The position numbers were made by a program, and so were the translations under genes. The notes below the pieces were generated by a model. That model saw only the letters and a list, made by a program, of their open reading frames with translations, was not told the DNA's origin and made no database searches. A stretch of DNA of 63,550 bases, filler included, from Choristocarpus tenellus KU-1152 (lineage: Eukaryota > Protista > Phaeophyceae), in assembly GCA_964200185.2 (NCBI GenBank). It is 11 parts of 11 records of this genome, joined end to end, with 100 filler letters (N's around TTAATTAATTAA, not from the genome) between each part and the next. Parts side by side here need not be neighbours in the genome. Positions count along the whole stretch, not along the records: positions 48,287 to 56,744 come from CAXNAD020004684.1; positions 56,845 to 60,023 come from CAXNAD020021744.1; positions 60,124 to 63,550 come from CAXNAD020020108.1; 8 more parts are not named here. One strand, written 5' to 3'. Shown here in pieces: positions 49,319 to 62,043 of this stretch. Position 1 is the first letter of the stretch. Every line of letters begins with the position of its first letter.

Positions 49319-49577
49319 GAGTGAAAGTATCTTAGAGGGTACAAGTTTTGCCCTTTTTGTCCATTTGGGGCTTGACTTCCCTCGGGGTTTTTATGACATT
49401 TTCCCACTCCAAAGTAATTTCGGAGTAGGCAAAATGTTTACGCTATGAAAAGGTGGGTCCGGTACAAGGATACTGACACTTCCTAATATACACGATAGTC
49501 AAAATTACATCAAAATCGTAAAATTGGATATTGGCCGCCAAATGGACGTGGCTCTACCCTCTAAGATACTTTGCCTC
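49319..49577. mobile_element. MITE family A, full length
   Basis: GAGTGAAAGTATCTTAGAGGGTA ... TACCCTCTAAGATACTTTGCCTC. Confidence 0.85.
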
Positions 49578-49857
49578 AGATATCATATGCCACTGTCTAC
49601 AACAGTGTCATTTCATGAGGCATGAAATTTTGCTGTATTTATTTGTTTTGAATCGATCAATTTTTCTCAATTCCTTTCTATGTTTAAAGTGGTAGGTTTG
49701 ATGGAGCTGAGATGGTCACTAGGATAGGGCTAGGGTGAGGGTCTTTGTGAACATGATTGTGATTTGAACTGCTGGCTTGTTTTGATTGTGTGTTGTTTGA
49801 AATGATAGCTTAAGCTCTCTCTCTCTCTCTCTTGTCTCTCTTTTACGTGGACCCCAG

Positions 49858-52800
49858 GGAGTTGTACGTTGGGAACACATCGCCTGAGATGAATGATGTT
49901 CTCCTCAAGGACTTCTTGGGCAACACCATGCAACAGGTGAGTAGAGTAGGAGTTTTTCTCATTTTATATAGAGATCTTGTATTGATTTGGTTAATCATTT
50001 TGATACAAAAAATGTGGAGTTTGTACATGTGGGTAGAATGTTGATACTTTTTTTTCAATGTCTGGTTTGGTCTTGTTTTCTTGCTAAAAAAACACACACA
50101 AGGGATATATAATAACGATCCTGTGTTGCTGGTTTGTTGCATCCAACTTTGCAACACCCTCACAAAACCATAACCATATACTTTTTAACCACATTGTGTG
50201 TTGAATGTGTATTTCTTTGTGTGTTTGAATGTGGTTGTGGTTAAATGTGTTTGTTGTGCAGGTGGGAATGACGCTGAAGCCTGGCAGTCCTATTATCCAT
50301 ACCAGAGTGTCTGGAAACTTTGCATTTGTGGAGTGCCGCTCCATTGAGGAGGCCACCAACCTTCTCAGCCTCAATGGGATACCTTTCCTGGGTCAGGTAA
50401 TGTGTGTGCATGCTTGAGCATTCAATGTTTTATTTTGTTCATGTGCATAGATATTCAAGGTGATGTAGATCAAAGAGCCAAGTGTCTTTTGACATGGGTT
50501 TTGTTGTTTACGAGATTTGGGGAAGGGGAGAGTGAGTGTGTGTGTGAGAGAGATGATTTTCATTCTTTAATGATTAATTTCTGAAGAGTAGAGGACCTAG
50601 TTTTTTGTCGTTGCAGGGATAAACCCCAATGACTGTTTTGCAATGTTCAGGTATGTTTATTTCTCCCCCAACATAAAAAGACAATATCTTGCACCCGTTT
50701 AAAACTCATCTGGTAATATGTTGCTCGGAGAATTGAGCCTGGTCTTAGACTCCTTCCGTCGGACCTTTTGTATATTTTTATTAACATATTTTGGTATGAG
50801 GTGTTTATGCACTCCTAAGCCCCCCTCTCTGATGTAGTTCTTGTCTCAACTTTTTTTTTTTCTCAGGAGCTCAAGATTAACAGGCCTTCCAAGTATCCCG
50901 GACCAGAGACACCCCACCTCAACTGGCCTGATGTACTTGCTAGGTATGTATGTCTAATAGGTTACCCCTTGTGGTTTGGGCAGTTCAGTATATACGTTGC
51001 ACTTGGTTAGTGGGGATGAAAGCAATGGTTTTGTTTTTTGGGTGGGCTGCTGGGTAAATCCTCCGTTATTTGAAAGAGAGTGGTGGTTGTTTAAACTGTG
51101 TTGTGATGTTACAAGGGTTATTATTGGTAGTGATTACTAAAATATGTAAATAATAATACCATCAATGTTTAAAAAACATGTCCGTAAATGTATCTTTAGT
51201 TGTGTCGGTGGTGATTGAAAGAGGTAAACAGAAATATTCTCAACGTTTAAAAGTAGGCGCATATGTCTGCATTTGTAGTTGTGATTTTACAAGGGGTGTT
51301 AAAGATAAAAATATGAAAGTAGAATAACATAATGTTTCCAAAGATGTATCTATATATATTTAGAGCTTTTTGTATTTTTTTCATACCATAGGCCGAACAT
51401 GGCACCGAGTTATTGCACTACTGTCTTCTCAGGTTTAGGTTAAGGATTAAGTGTTAGGGTTACTCCTTTTTTGTGTATGCCATGACTAGCTTCATTTTTC
51501 TACTCTCATCTTTTATTTTTTTCAAGTTCTCAAACTTAGTGTAGAATGTTCAAATGGGGGGAAAAAAACGGTTTAGGTCTTCAGGAATATCATAACTTTT
51601 TTATGTGCCTTTGGTGTCTGACTCCTGAGGATGGAAGGAGTGAAGAGTAATGGTGTTAAATTTAGTATCCTTACTTTGACATTGTTAGGAGGTTCCTCCA
51701 ATTGGTTGTTCTTAGTATCACATTCAGCTATCTTCTCAACACTGCATTGTGTTTTTAACTGCAGTTCCCAGTGCTTTTTGTCCTTCTCTACTAGTACATA
51801 GTAGGAAATGGGACAGTCTGGAAGGATGGTTGCTCACAGTGTCAGTAGTGTTCCTGGTGACAGTAGTTCAGTAGACAAGTTTCATACATGGAAATGTGGA
51901 ATGGATTAACTGTTGTCAGCAATGTAGCAGTCTCCTCTGGTTCATTGTGCTTGATCTGCAAGAACAAACTCTGTGCCGAAAAATACAGCCTTGATGGACA
52001 CCACAGTTATTGGAATGCATTCAGTACATGGATCCTCATTGTTCTGATCAAGGGGAGCAATGATTCTTTCCAACACACTCACAAGGGTTGTTTTTGTGTG
52101 CTCTCTACATGCATGGCAGGTACACTTCTGGCAACCCGAATGCGCCTATCCCTGCACCTGCTACCATCTTCCGTCCAGCGTCCATGACGATGGTGGGGGG
52201 TATGATGACGACTGCTCCAGGGACAACAGCAGCTGCTCTCGCAGCTGCAGCAGCGGTTGAGGCTTTGGTGCCTGCTGCTAGACCAACCAAGGTGCTCCGC
52301 CTGAACAACATGCTCACCAGTGAGGACCTTGAGGATGAGGACGGTTTGGAGGACATTGAAGAGGAAACGAAGGTGTTCTTTTATTTGAATATTGTGTTGA
52401 TATTGTTTTTGTTGTTAGGTTAAGGGTGGCGTGTTGGGTATGTACGACTGAAAGATTGAAGGTTGTGGAAAGAGGGAGTGTAGTGAGTGAAGAACTGCGC
52501 GATATATATATATATATATGTAGGTGTAGATATACTGTGTATTTTGTTTTGTTTTGTTTGAGGCAATGATGGCATCAAGTTATCGGATCAATGAGGAGGT
52601 CCTATTTTTAACGTAATGAAGGGGTGATTGCTTTGGATATGATTTCATGTTGATGTTTTTGTCGTTGTTGTATTAAAGTAGTCCAAGCGAAGTTGCTGCT
52701 GCTTTTATAACTGTCTCTTGCAAAGATGAATCTGGATCTGTAGTGTTACAGTACTGGGTAGCTGAAGTGAACTCTGCTAGTATTGCACCAAGGCAGAGCA

Positions 52801-54665
52801 ATAAATAATCTCTGGTTTTCATACTTTGGTGATCTTCCTTAGCAGTCTGTGAACCTCACGTTGTTAATATATCTGAAATTCTTTTGCAGTGTGTGTGTGT
52901 GTGTGTGTACAGTGTATGTCATATCTATATCTGTAAGTAGTTGGTCGTTGTTGTAGGTTGCGATTGTATGATGCCGCACCGTTGTTTAGTTCATCCATAT
53001 TTTTGGGGGGCATAATAACTCTGGTGCTAGTAATGGATGTCTTCATTTTTGCATATCTGAGACCCTACGCCATACCTGAAATACTTGAAAAAAGAAAATG
53101 GACTTGTCTTTGTGGTTGACTTCATGAGAGATCGCAAAGGTCTGCTAGTTTGGTGATGTGGCGGGTTTGTATCCCTTACAAGGCTTTTTCATATGAGGCA
53201 TGTCCTATGTAAAACTTCAGGTAGGAATGCTGTGTCTGGGCCATGAGAGTAAGTAGTTGCAGGGCAAAAAGATAGCTTCATGTGATGTAATACTGATTGA
53301 TACTAAACACAATTCCCCGCTGAGGTGCAAGACCTTTTGATGTGCATATGGAAATGGACGATCAAACACAATCAAAATATGAATTTTTCAAAATGGTTGA
53401 CCCAATTTGTACTCTGTGCCATCTCCATACCCTCCTCTTGTGCCTCCTCTACCTTGTGCCCCCCCCCCCCTGTGCAGGAGGGGGGTGAAAAGTTCGGAAC
53501 AGTGACATCAGTTGTTGTTCCTCGCCCAAGCACCAAGGTGGAATCCGAAATGCCTGGTGTAGGGTATGTGTTTGTGGCATTTGATGGTGTTGATGGTTCT
53601 GCAGGTGCTGCTGCTAGTCTTCGGGGGAGAACGTTTGATGGACGCAAGGTGAAAGTTGGGTTGGGACGTAGCTTGTAGTCGGTGCTGTGTCTGTACTTGA
53701 TGCTTGTTGTATTGTGGTTGGGTGCTGGGGTAGTAGTAGTAGTGAGTGACGTTTTCTGTATCCAACCTCTGTGCAAGTGTGTGCTATGTAGTAGGAAGAA
53801 CTGGCGCCTGTTTCTCTATCCTTGGGAGGGATTTTTGATTTCATTTTTTTTGTTTTATATGGTTGTGATTTTTACACTTGAGATTTGTGCATGGTGAAGG
53901 GAGAGTTTTGACTCGTTCCTAATGATAATTTCATTTTTTTTTAATTATTAGGAACAGAGTAGGAACGGTTGTTGAATCCACGGTACAGTAGTGTTTTGAG
54001 TTGAATTGTTAGTGGAGTAGGCAAACATGGACTTCAAGCAGAGTGGGCTTAAATGTGTTTTATTTTATCTGACAAGAGTGAAATATCAATAGTATCTGTG
54101 GTTGTCTGGGTGAGACCTTAGAGTTATCATCCTTTCAAAGATATTGAGTGACTAGAGTTGTTTATCTTGAGGTTAAAAAATGGGTTACTTACAAAACCTG
54201 ATCAGATTCTAGAAGTGCAATGTATCCAATACCCGACCGAGATGACTTTTGATGAAGATATTGCTGTGCTCCTGTCCCCCCCCATAATATCTTTTTTCCT
54301 GCCTGCCTGGCCCCTCTTATTAACTCACTCAGGTGGAGGTTACATATTGGGATGAGGATATGTACAACCAGCGGGTGTTCAGTGACAAGGGTAATGCGGA
54401 AGTGACGAGCGCTGCAGCTACCGCTCAGGCAGCAATCAATGGTAATGTTGCTGCTGCCCTTCCCATCACCAGCACTGTGTCTGGGATAGGTGGGGGTACC
54501 TTGAATGCTGGGGCCATTGCAGAGGCTAGTGCTGAACCTGTACCTGGGAACAGCGGGGGGGAAGTGGCTCAGTTGGGGGAGGAGCCTGTGGCCAATAGTG
54601 GGGTTGAGAATGGCAATGGAGAGAGTATTGATGACACTGGAGCAGATTCCACAGGAGGGGACTAA
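49858..54665 (+). CDS. U2AF2: U2AF65-like splicing factor (RRM + C-terminal UHM); exons 49858-49936, 50262-50396, 50867-50943, 52120-52372, 53478-53648, 54333-54665; 5' partial
   Basis: ELYVGN, NFAFVECRSIEEATN, LKINRPSKY; UHM with PTKVLRLNNML, DIEEETKE..EKFG.V.SVVVPRP, GVGYVFV.F, L.GRTFDGRKVEVTY; introns in phase. Confidence 0.88.
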
Positions 54666-57600
54666 GTGAGCACTTGTGAGGGATTCATTCTGGCGTATCC
54701 ACTTGGTAATGAAGTTGTCTGTAATGCAGCAGTGGGTTGTGGGATGTAATTTTATTGGCAGGGTGTGTTACCATGTGGGGGTGGAGAGTGTTGAGGGTGA
54801 GCCCCATCTTTGAGCTTTTTGAACGGTTCTGTGGTGCCCTGGAACAGAGGATCTCCGCGTGTTTGGTTCCTCACGATAGGGAGGGAATTGTTGTGACTGA
54901 GTGGGTGAAGGGAAAGCAATTTAAAACAAACTTCGAACCTCACGGGTGTATTTCTTCACCTTGATTTGATTCATCTTGTGTGGTCGCTTCTTGTAGAGGG
55001 AAGAAACAGTTTGCATGTGTAACCCGGAAGATCATGCCAATAACTTTCGGCAAGTGGTGCAGTACCTGTTTAACTCTCCTAGTGCATGCATGGAGGGGTT
55101 GTCTTTTGTATTCATCCAGACAGCAGACAAAAAGTATTTTTGCACTGTATCTGTTGTTCACCTTTGTTGGTGTATCTGATAGGGAAGGTTGATATCGCTT
55201 GTATTGGCCAAACTGCTGGATCTAGTGGAAAGGCTACTGCTTCTTAGTACACACCATATGCTAAGACTGCTTACTGGGAATCATTGTTTGCAGTTTTGCA
55301 ACTTGGACTGTGTTTTTGTTCTTCTTTTGAAGGCACAGAGATGCACTGGATTGAGCCAGGAAGCAAGCAACAAGGCGAACCTGGAGTTGAGATGAGGATT
55401 CACACACCGCATAATGCGTTTTTAGTGCATGGTGTGGAGTGATATGCATTTGTTTTTGTGGGGGTTTGTTGGTCGAGACACCTAGATGGTAGGTATCATA
55501 CATACATACATAGAGGACAAACATGGCGTCAACTGATTGGGATCTTAAGTGTTGCTTTTGTCAATGTATAGGGCAGTGACGGAGTGTTACTGTTACCTTT
55601 AGTGCTCCTGCTAGCTATGTGTGAATGAACTCCATTGCGTTTGGTGGTGAGTTTTCATTTGGCTGCTGTGGAGTGTTGATAGTTTGATATTTCCGAACAG
55701 CCTGTCTTGTCGATGAAAATCTAAGAGTTACTGGCGTTTTTCTTGTGAGACTTCTTGCGGGCTTAGGTAGCTCTTATCCACCTGCCTATTCTTGTTCCTT
55801 TGAAAATCTTGTCTGTGTTGTGATGAGTAGTAATAATTGGTATGCCCAATCGTCTACCTGCTCTTCATAAGACATTGTGGAGTGAGGCACGTTCCTGGAT
55901 TGTGGAGTGTTGCCTCGTCTGATGACTTGTGTAGACAACACATTTCTATCATATTTTGCCTGCACAATGGTGCTAGTGGGTAGAGTATGGGTTACGTGAC
56001 TCGATAAATAAGCAAAAACTAGAAACAACCACAACATTTTCTCCAGGATGTAAATATATGTAGTATATTAGTAAGTCTGCTTCCTTGTGTTAATTTGATT
56101 TGAAATGGACAAAAACGAAAGTCGGCCATCATACAAGAGCTCTACCACTACTACTACAGGACTGGTTGGGGGAGGAATGATTTTACCATAGATTATGTGG
56201 CCATCCATAATGACAGTTCAAGCCACATGCCTATTGAGGCGGGGGGCACCGCAACAATGTGGAGAGGTATTTTTGTGCATTTTCGGCTACTTTGTGTTGT
56301 TTAAGGACTTTTGGACTAACTGATTGCCCTACTGCCATCCCACAAGGTACTACTGCAATGCTTTTTTGGGGAAGGGAATAGGTCATTTTGTTTGATTTGT
56401 TATAGAAAGTAATGTGGAATGAGGACAGTTCCCGCACTGCCCCTCCTCCTCCTTGCTGCTATTAATACTCTGGGGTACTACAGGGTAACTTTTCTCTGAT
56501 TTTGTCATTATGCATTGCTGGACCATTTGATAGCATCATTTAACACTAGGAAATTTTTGTCGACAACACGATGGATGAAGTGGCAGGGGGTAAGGCTAAG
56601 CGCGTTTGGAGTACAAACAACGTGAACATGACACCCTCTTCTTGTTTACTGTGATATGGATATCTATTGAAAGTGAGACTGGCACCTCACAACCTTTATA
56701 TGAACAGATACGAAAACCCTCCTTAAACAGGGATTTCTCAAAATNNNNNNNNNNNNNNNNNNNNNNNNNNNNNNNNNNNNNNNNNNNNTTAATTAATTAA
56801 NNNNNNNNNNNNNNNNNNNNNNNNNNNNNNNNNNNNNNNNNNNNCGCTGTCGGGCCTGGGTTAGCGCCCTGGAACGGGATCATGTCGTCCCAGGGTCAAT
56901 ACGTTGACCAGTCGTACCCTGGCTGCCACCTCGGCCAGCCTTTTTCACGGTCCTCACCGCCAGAGCTCTCCCGGACTCTCCGCGATCTCTCACCTCCCGT
57001 TGTAGTAAGAAGTAGCGCGAACCAGCAGCTTTTTGTATCGTGACTCTCGAACGCTGACCTTGGTGATCCCTCCTCTAGATGAAATCTACATCACCCACTA
57101 TTAATGAATTTCTTCTGACTCCATGTGAGACTCATCAGAAGCCATGAGTGATGCAGTACCAATTAAAACCAAACCAGTCCAGCTGCGCCTCCCATAGCTG
57201 GAGTTTGGATTAGGCGCCTAAGCGTGTTGAGAAGCTTGGTGCATGTAAGACTCGTCGCCGGAAGCTAGCAGTTGAAATACATGGTAAAGCACACACTGAA
57301 TATTAATTATCCACTGGGCCTTTGTCTAAGCCATCAATTATCTCTGATGTATGATCAAAGACTGACCCATCATAATATTGCTATGCTCGTTACTACTTTC
57401 TATAGTACCAACCTAAAGATAAACGTACATGAAACCTATGTTTTATTATTTTATTATTATGCTCTCTGACATTTTGCAGATTGTTTCAGCACAGATAACG
57501 TAAGGATAACACTAGGTTATTCGACACTTGATACAGACCCTTGTTCTGAGAACAAGTTTTCCCATCCCAAATAAGGTGACTCACCATTAGATGTACAATC

Positions 57601-58302
57601 TATTTGTTCATCTCGCTCCTCAACTTCATCCCTCTCTGACGACTCTTCCTGTAGCAACGGAAGTGAGGACAGGTTTGTTCTAGGTGAGAGGCTGTCCTGT
57701 GTAACAAAGAGGAGACGATTTGACTCATGGTCCCCCCCCTGGTGAAGGGAGCGTAGGTCAGATTGTCGAATATCTGGCTGTTGACCCTTCCCCTGGTGAT
57801 GGGGAGGGAGGTCAGGTTGATATGAGTCTGTCCAGAGACACTACCAAAGATGGTGAAGGGAGTGTAGGATATGTCTCATCTTTGAGTTCACAGCACTTGC
57901 CTCAGGCAGTTAGTTGTTGACCCAACAGCTGCCCGTACTGCAGCTTGCCAGCTGTAAGACTTTCTTCCCAATCCAGTCCGTGAACCTTGCTTTGAGTTGG
58001 GTAGGACTAGACAGGCAACTCGTGCCAGAGCTGAAGGGAGTGCAGGTCTTGGTAATGTGATGTCTCTTATTGCTAGTGTAGAGAGGAAACATGTTGCCTA
58101 TGCCTTGGCTGTACAGCCCACACCTGAGTCAGTGTTGATGAGTACTCCCCTGCATGGTTGTCTTGTTTCTGAGTCAGGAGTATGTTCTTGATTATATCGA
58201 GACCTCTGCCCCCACTCCTTCTCCCTCATCAGACGTTCTGTATCGGGGGGAGCAGTGATGTGTAGGGGAGCAGCAGTTGCTTGGCTTTCTAGGACCCAAC
58301 GT

Positions 58303-58786
58303 GAGCCAAAGTATCTTAGAGGGTAGAGACTCGTCCATTTGGGAGCCAAAACGAGTGAAAGTACCTTTGAGGGGACGATATTTGTCCTGTTTGTCCGATT
58401 AGGACTTAGCTTCCTCTGGGTTTGTTATGACATTTTCCTACTCCTATATCATTTAGGAGTAGGTAAAATGTATACGTTATGAAAAGGTGTGTCTGGAACA
58501 AGGATATTGGCACTTCCTAACAAACACAATAGCCAAAAATACATCAAACTTTCAACATTGGATTTTGGTCCCAAATGGACGAGACTCTACCCTCTAAGAC
58601 ACTTTGACTCAAATCCAATGTTGCGACTTTGATATAATTTTGGCTATCGTGTTTGTTAGGAAGCGTCAATATCCTTCTTCTGGACACACCTTTTCATAAC
58701 GGAAAATGTTATAAAAAACCCATGGGAAGCCAAGCCCCAAATGGACAAACAGGGAAAAACTCATACCCTCTAAGATACTTTCGCTG
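58303..58786. mobile_element. Nested MITE family A: inner copy 58353-58610 inserted in opposite orientation into an outer copy
   Basis: Outer element 58303-58352 resumes at 58611-58786; outer flanks CGT/CGT; inner flanks AAAC/AAAT. Confidence 0.85.
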
Positions 58787-58819
58787 CGTGTCATAGCACA
58801 GTCGACTACAGATGTAGAA

Positions 58820-59297
58820 TACATAGCCATGGGGGACTGTGTGAAGAAGTTGTTTCTGCGAGGTATGTTGGAGTTCCTGCAACGTGATAGGACTGGGTCG
58901 TGTTATGTAGTGTATGAGGATAGCACAGGAGCCATCCATTTGGCTAACAAGTCTTTGAGTTCTGGGAGAGGACAAAGCACATAGATGTGCTACATCATTT
59001 CCTAAGGGGCTTGATAGCCAATGGACAAATAAGGATTGTTCATGTTACCTCAGATGAGCAGAATGCAGATGTGTTAACCAAGTCTTTAGCACAAGAATCT
59101 TTTTTGGAGGCATGCAGGGGCTTTGCTAAATTTAGACTATGTTTAGTGATTTGTTTCTTACTGAATTTGAATTTCTTTGTGTTTGTTTGGATTTCCTTTT
59201 CCAGTGAGTTCAATAGCTGATTGTTTTCTTGTCAGTTCTGAAGAGCTGTTTGAGCTAGGGAGGGTGTTCGATTAGACTCTTCCAACTCTATCGAACA
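58820..59297 (+). mobile_element. Ty1/copia LTR retrotransposon 3' relic: RNase H, polypurine tract and collapsed LTR
   Basis: VYEDSTGAIHLAN..., KHIDVLHHFLR...IVHVTSDEQNADVLTKSL; PPT AGGGAGGG at ~59257-59264 directly followed by TGTTCGA...TCGAACA. Confidence 0.88.
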
Positions 59298-59983
59298 GCT
59301 GTGGTAAAATGAATATGGGGTAAGAGAACAATAATTTGTGATTAGCTATATAATAACATTTCTCATATAAAAGGAAACTTTATGATTTTATGGGGTGCTG
59401 CATGCCCCACTTAGCATTAGTCACTCTACAGACATCAAGCAATCTCCCTGGGTTTATCGCCTCAATTATTTTTTATGATTTGGGCGATACTCTATCATCG
59501 TACAGTCAAAGATGACCTTATGAAGACTGTGTAGCAGTAGTGGGGTGATTGTAGTCCTAGGCTTCTTGGTTCGTACTGTTAGTTATAGTACATACGGGGG
59601 ATAAACCACAAGAGAAATATACCCAAGAGTCTGGACCAGGGCGGGCAGGAGGGGACTTTGGCGCATGTTTACAAGATGATCCTCAGCCGTATCTTAGTAT
59701 CCCCGTTGTTAGGAGGCGTGGGTAGAAAAGCAACATGGGGGAAGGTGCAATTGTCGACCAAATACTTCAAAGATTGAGGAATACCAAAGAATCAATGACG
59801 TCCGCAGTCCGCCAAACGAAAAAATTCAGCACAGCTTCGACCGGATAAGGTCCTACTCACGCCTACTAGGTGTTTTCTGATTTGTTTCTTCTTGTTTATT
59901 TCTTGTCTTTTTGTCGGGACATGCGTAGATTGTGTATGCTGTTGGGATGGATAGATAGGATGCGTTGGTGATGTTTTGATTTT

Positions 59984-60023
59984 GAGCCAAAGTATCTTAG
60001 AGGGTAGGGCCGCGTCCATTTGG
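59984..60023. mobile_element. MITE family A terminus at contig end
   Basis: GAGCCAAAGTATCTTAGAGGGTAGGGCCGCGTCCATTTGG. Confidence 0.8.
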
Positions 60024-60426
60024 NNNNNNNNNNNNNNNNNNNNNNNNNNNNNNNNNNNNNNNNNNNNTTAATTAATTAANNNNNNNNNNNNNNNNNNNNN
60101 NNNNNNNNNNNNNNNNNNNNNNNGGGGAGTTTGACTGGAAGGGCAAATGTGCACCCTATTCCCTCAGCTTGGCACGGCATTGATTTTAAATGCCACTATA
60201 TATATATATATATTTATGATGTTACACACTAGTATCTATTTACCTAATTGTATTTTTTTTCTCCTTGATAATCTTAGTTGGTACAACCCTCGTATTCTGA
60301 TGCACGTGGTATATATATATAGGTATATTTGATGCATGTAGTGTAAATTGTACGAGTTATTTATTTATTGTGCTTTTTTCCCATGTGGTGTGTGTTTTTT
60401 TTTGTTTATGTATATTTTTACAACAG

Positions 60427-60514
60427 GTGGCGGGATAATGTGGTAGAGGCGGGCGAAAAGGGGATGGAAGTTGTTGTGGAAAAGGGGCAAAAGGGACTGG
60501 TCATGGCAAAAGAG
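60427..60514 (+). CDS. Isolated internal exon of an unknown gene
   Basis: T-rich tract plus CAG acceptor, purine-rich open frame (WRDNVVEAGEKGMEVVVEKGQKGLVMAKE), GTACGA donor. Confidence 0.5.
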
Positions 60515-62016
60515 GTACGACCTTTCTTTTTTTTAGTTGTTTACAACAACACTGTCTTAAGTCAAACGAGATTCAATTTTTTTTTTTACTGAAGTATAGA
60601 TTGTACCTCCAAGTATGAAGTTATAGCTGCATGTGAAGTACGCCTTCTGGATACATAGCAGCACCTTTCTATTGTGAAATATCTCAACCATGTATCTTTT
60701 TTATCAACTGTTAATTAAGTGAACGAGGCTTATCGCTACTATTAATATCCTTCTAAACATCATATCCCTAACCGCCTCATCCATCCATCCATGGACAAAT
60801 AAAAAAATTGTGACAAAGAGTACTGTTCTAAAGGTCTGAAAAAACCTCTCAACCTGGTAGTAGTAGTTGAATTACATATTAACATCAATACAAAATACTC
60901 CGTCCATCCATGAACTATACATCAATTCTTGTACCTTGCAAACATGTTGTTTTTCATTGAAAGTAGACCACCTCTGCATCCATGCATGTGTTCATCTATG
61001 AAGCATTAAACATAAATGGTGTTTTTACTGTTAACTGAATGTATGCTCCAAGGTGAATTCCCCTCACCTTCCCTCCCTTCGCTTCTGGGTAAGTAGTTGT
61101 TCCCTAGCCAGTTGTGGAGCATGTAAGCACCTCACCTATAGTAGGGGCTCACTTCATCATTTATTACCCATGCCTCTAATGTATTGTGTACCTGAATCAG
61201 TTCCACCATTGTTCTAGGTTAATGTTTTACCATATGCTAACAACCTTGATGCAATAGCATTCTACAAACTATCATCTCCCATGTGAGTACTCTGGTACAA
61301 GTCTCAACAGTTGCTATATGAAGGGCGTCATAAGACAGCATGTTATCCATGAAAGGTTTGAAAGTAACTTGATCTATTTTTTGGCGCTGGCTTGGGAAGT
61401 ATGGTGTGTTTGGCTTAGTACTGGCAAGACAGATCTTAATAGTCAACGGATACACGACATTCCAGGGTGTAAGAGCGCCCACTTTCTGCCGACGAACACG
61501 TTATCCCCCCATTGCACCTGGGCTGGCACTTTTTATTGGGCAACAGCTGCAAGGGATACAAACCTTTGTGAAATGTAGCTGCAAGGGAGAGTCAAACTGA
61601 AGGATTCTATGCTACAATTGATTGGTATCACCCAGAAAAGAGGAAGGTTAGCAAGAAGGTCAGAGTTGGTGATGGTTGATGCACTCATTTATTTGTCGAT
61701 TGCTTTGCACGCAAAGGCCCGTAAGATGAGGAATTTTGAAGGGTAAGAAATATGTACACAGTTTCGGATGTAGTAGTCCCTACATCAGACTGTATACTTC
61801 TCTCTCTCTCTCAGTCAGTCAGTTGTTGGCCTTTGAGAGCAGTAGCAGGACTGGTGAAGTCAGAGTGTTGTGTGTCCACCATCTGAGAAGGCATTGTGTT
61901 CAATAAAGGTTTTTCAGTTGGCTATGGATGGGAACTACTGGTCCTAATGCTGCTGGCATCAGTGTCCTTTGCAGCATGGCTGCAAGATGTTGCACTGACA
62001 GAGTAAGAGATGGCTA

Positions 62017-62043
62017 ACACACACACACACACACACACACACA
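62017..62043. repeat. (AC)n microsatellite
   Basis: Pure AC run. Confidence 0.9.
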
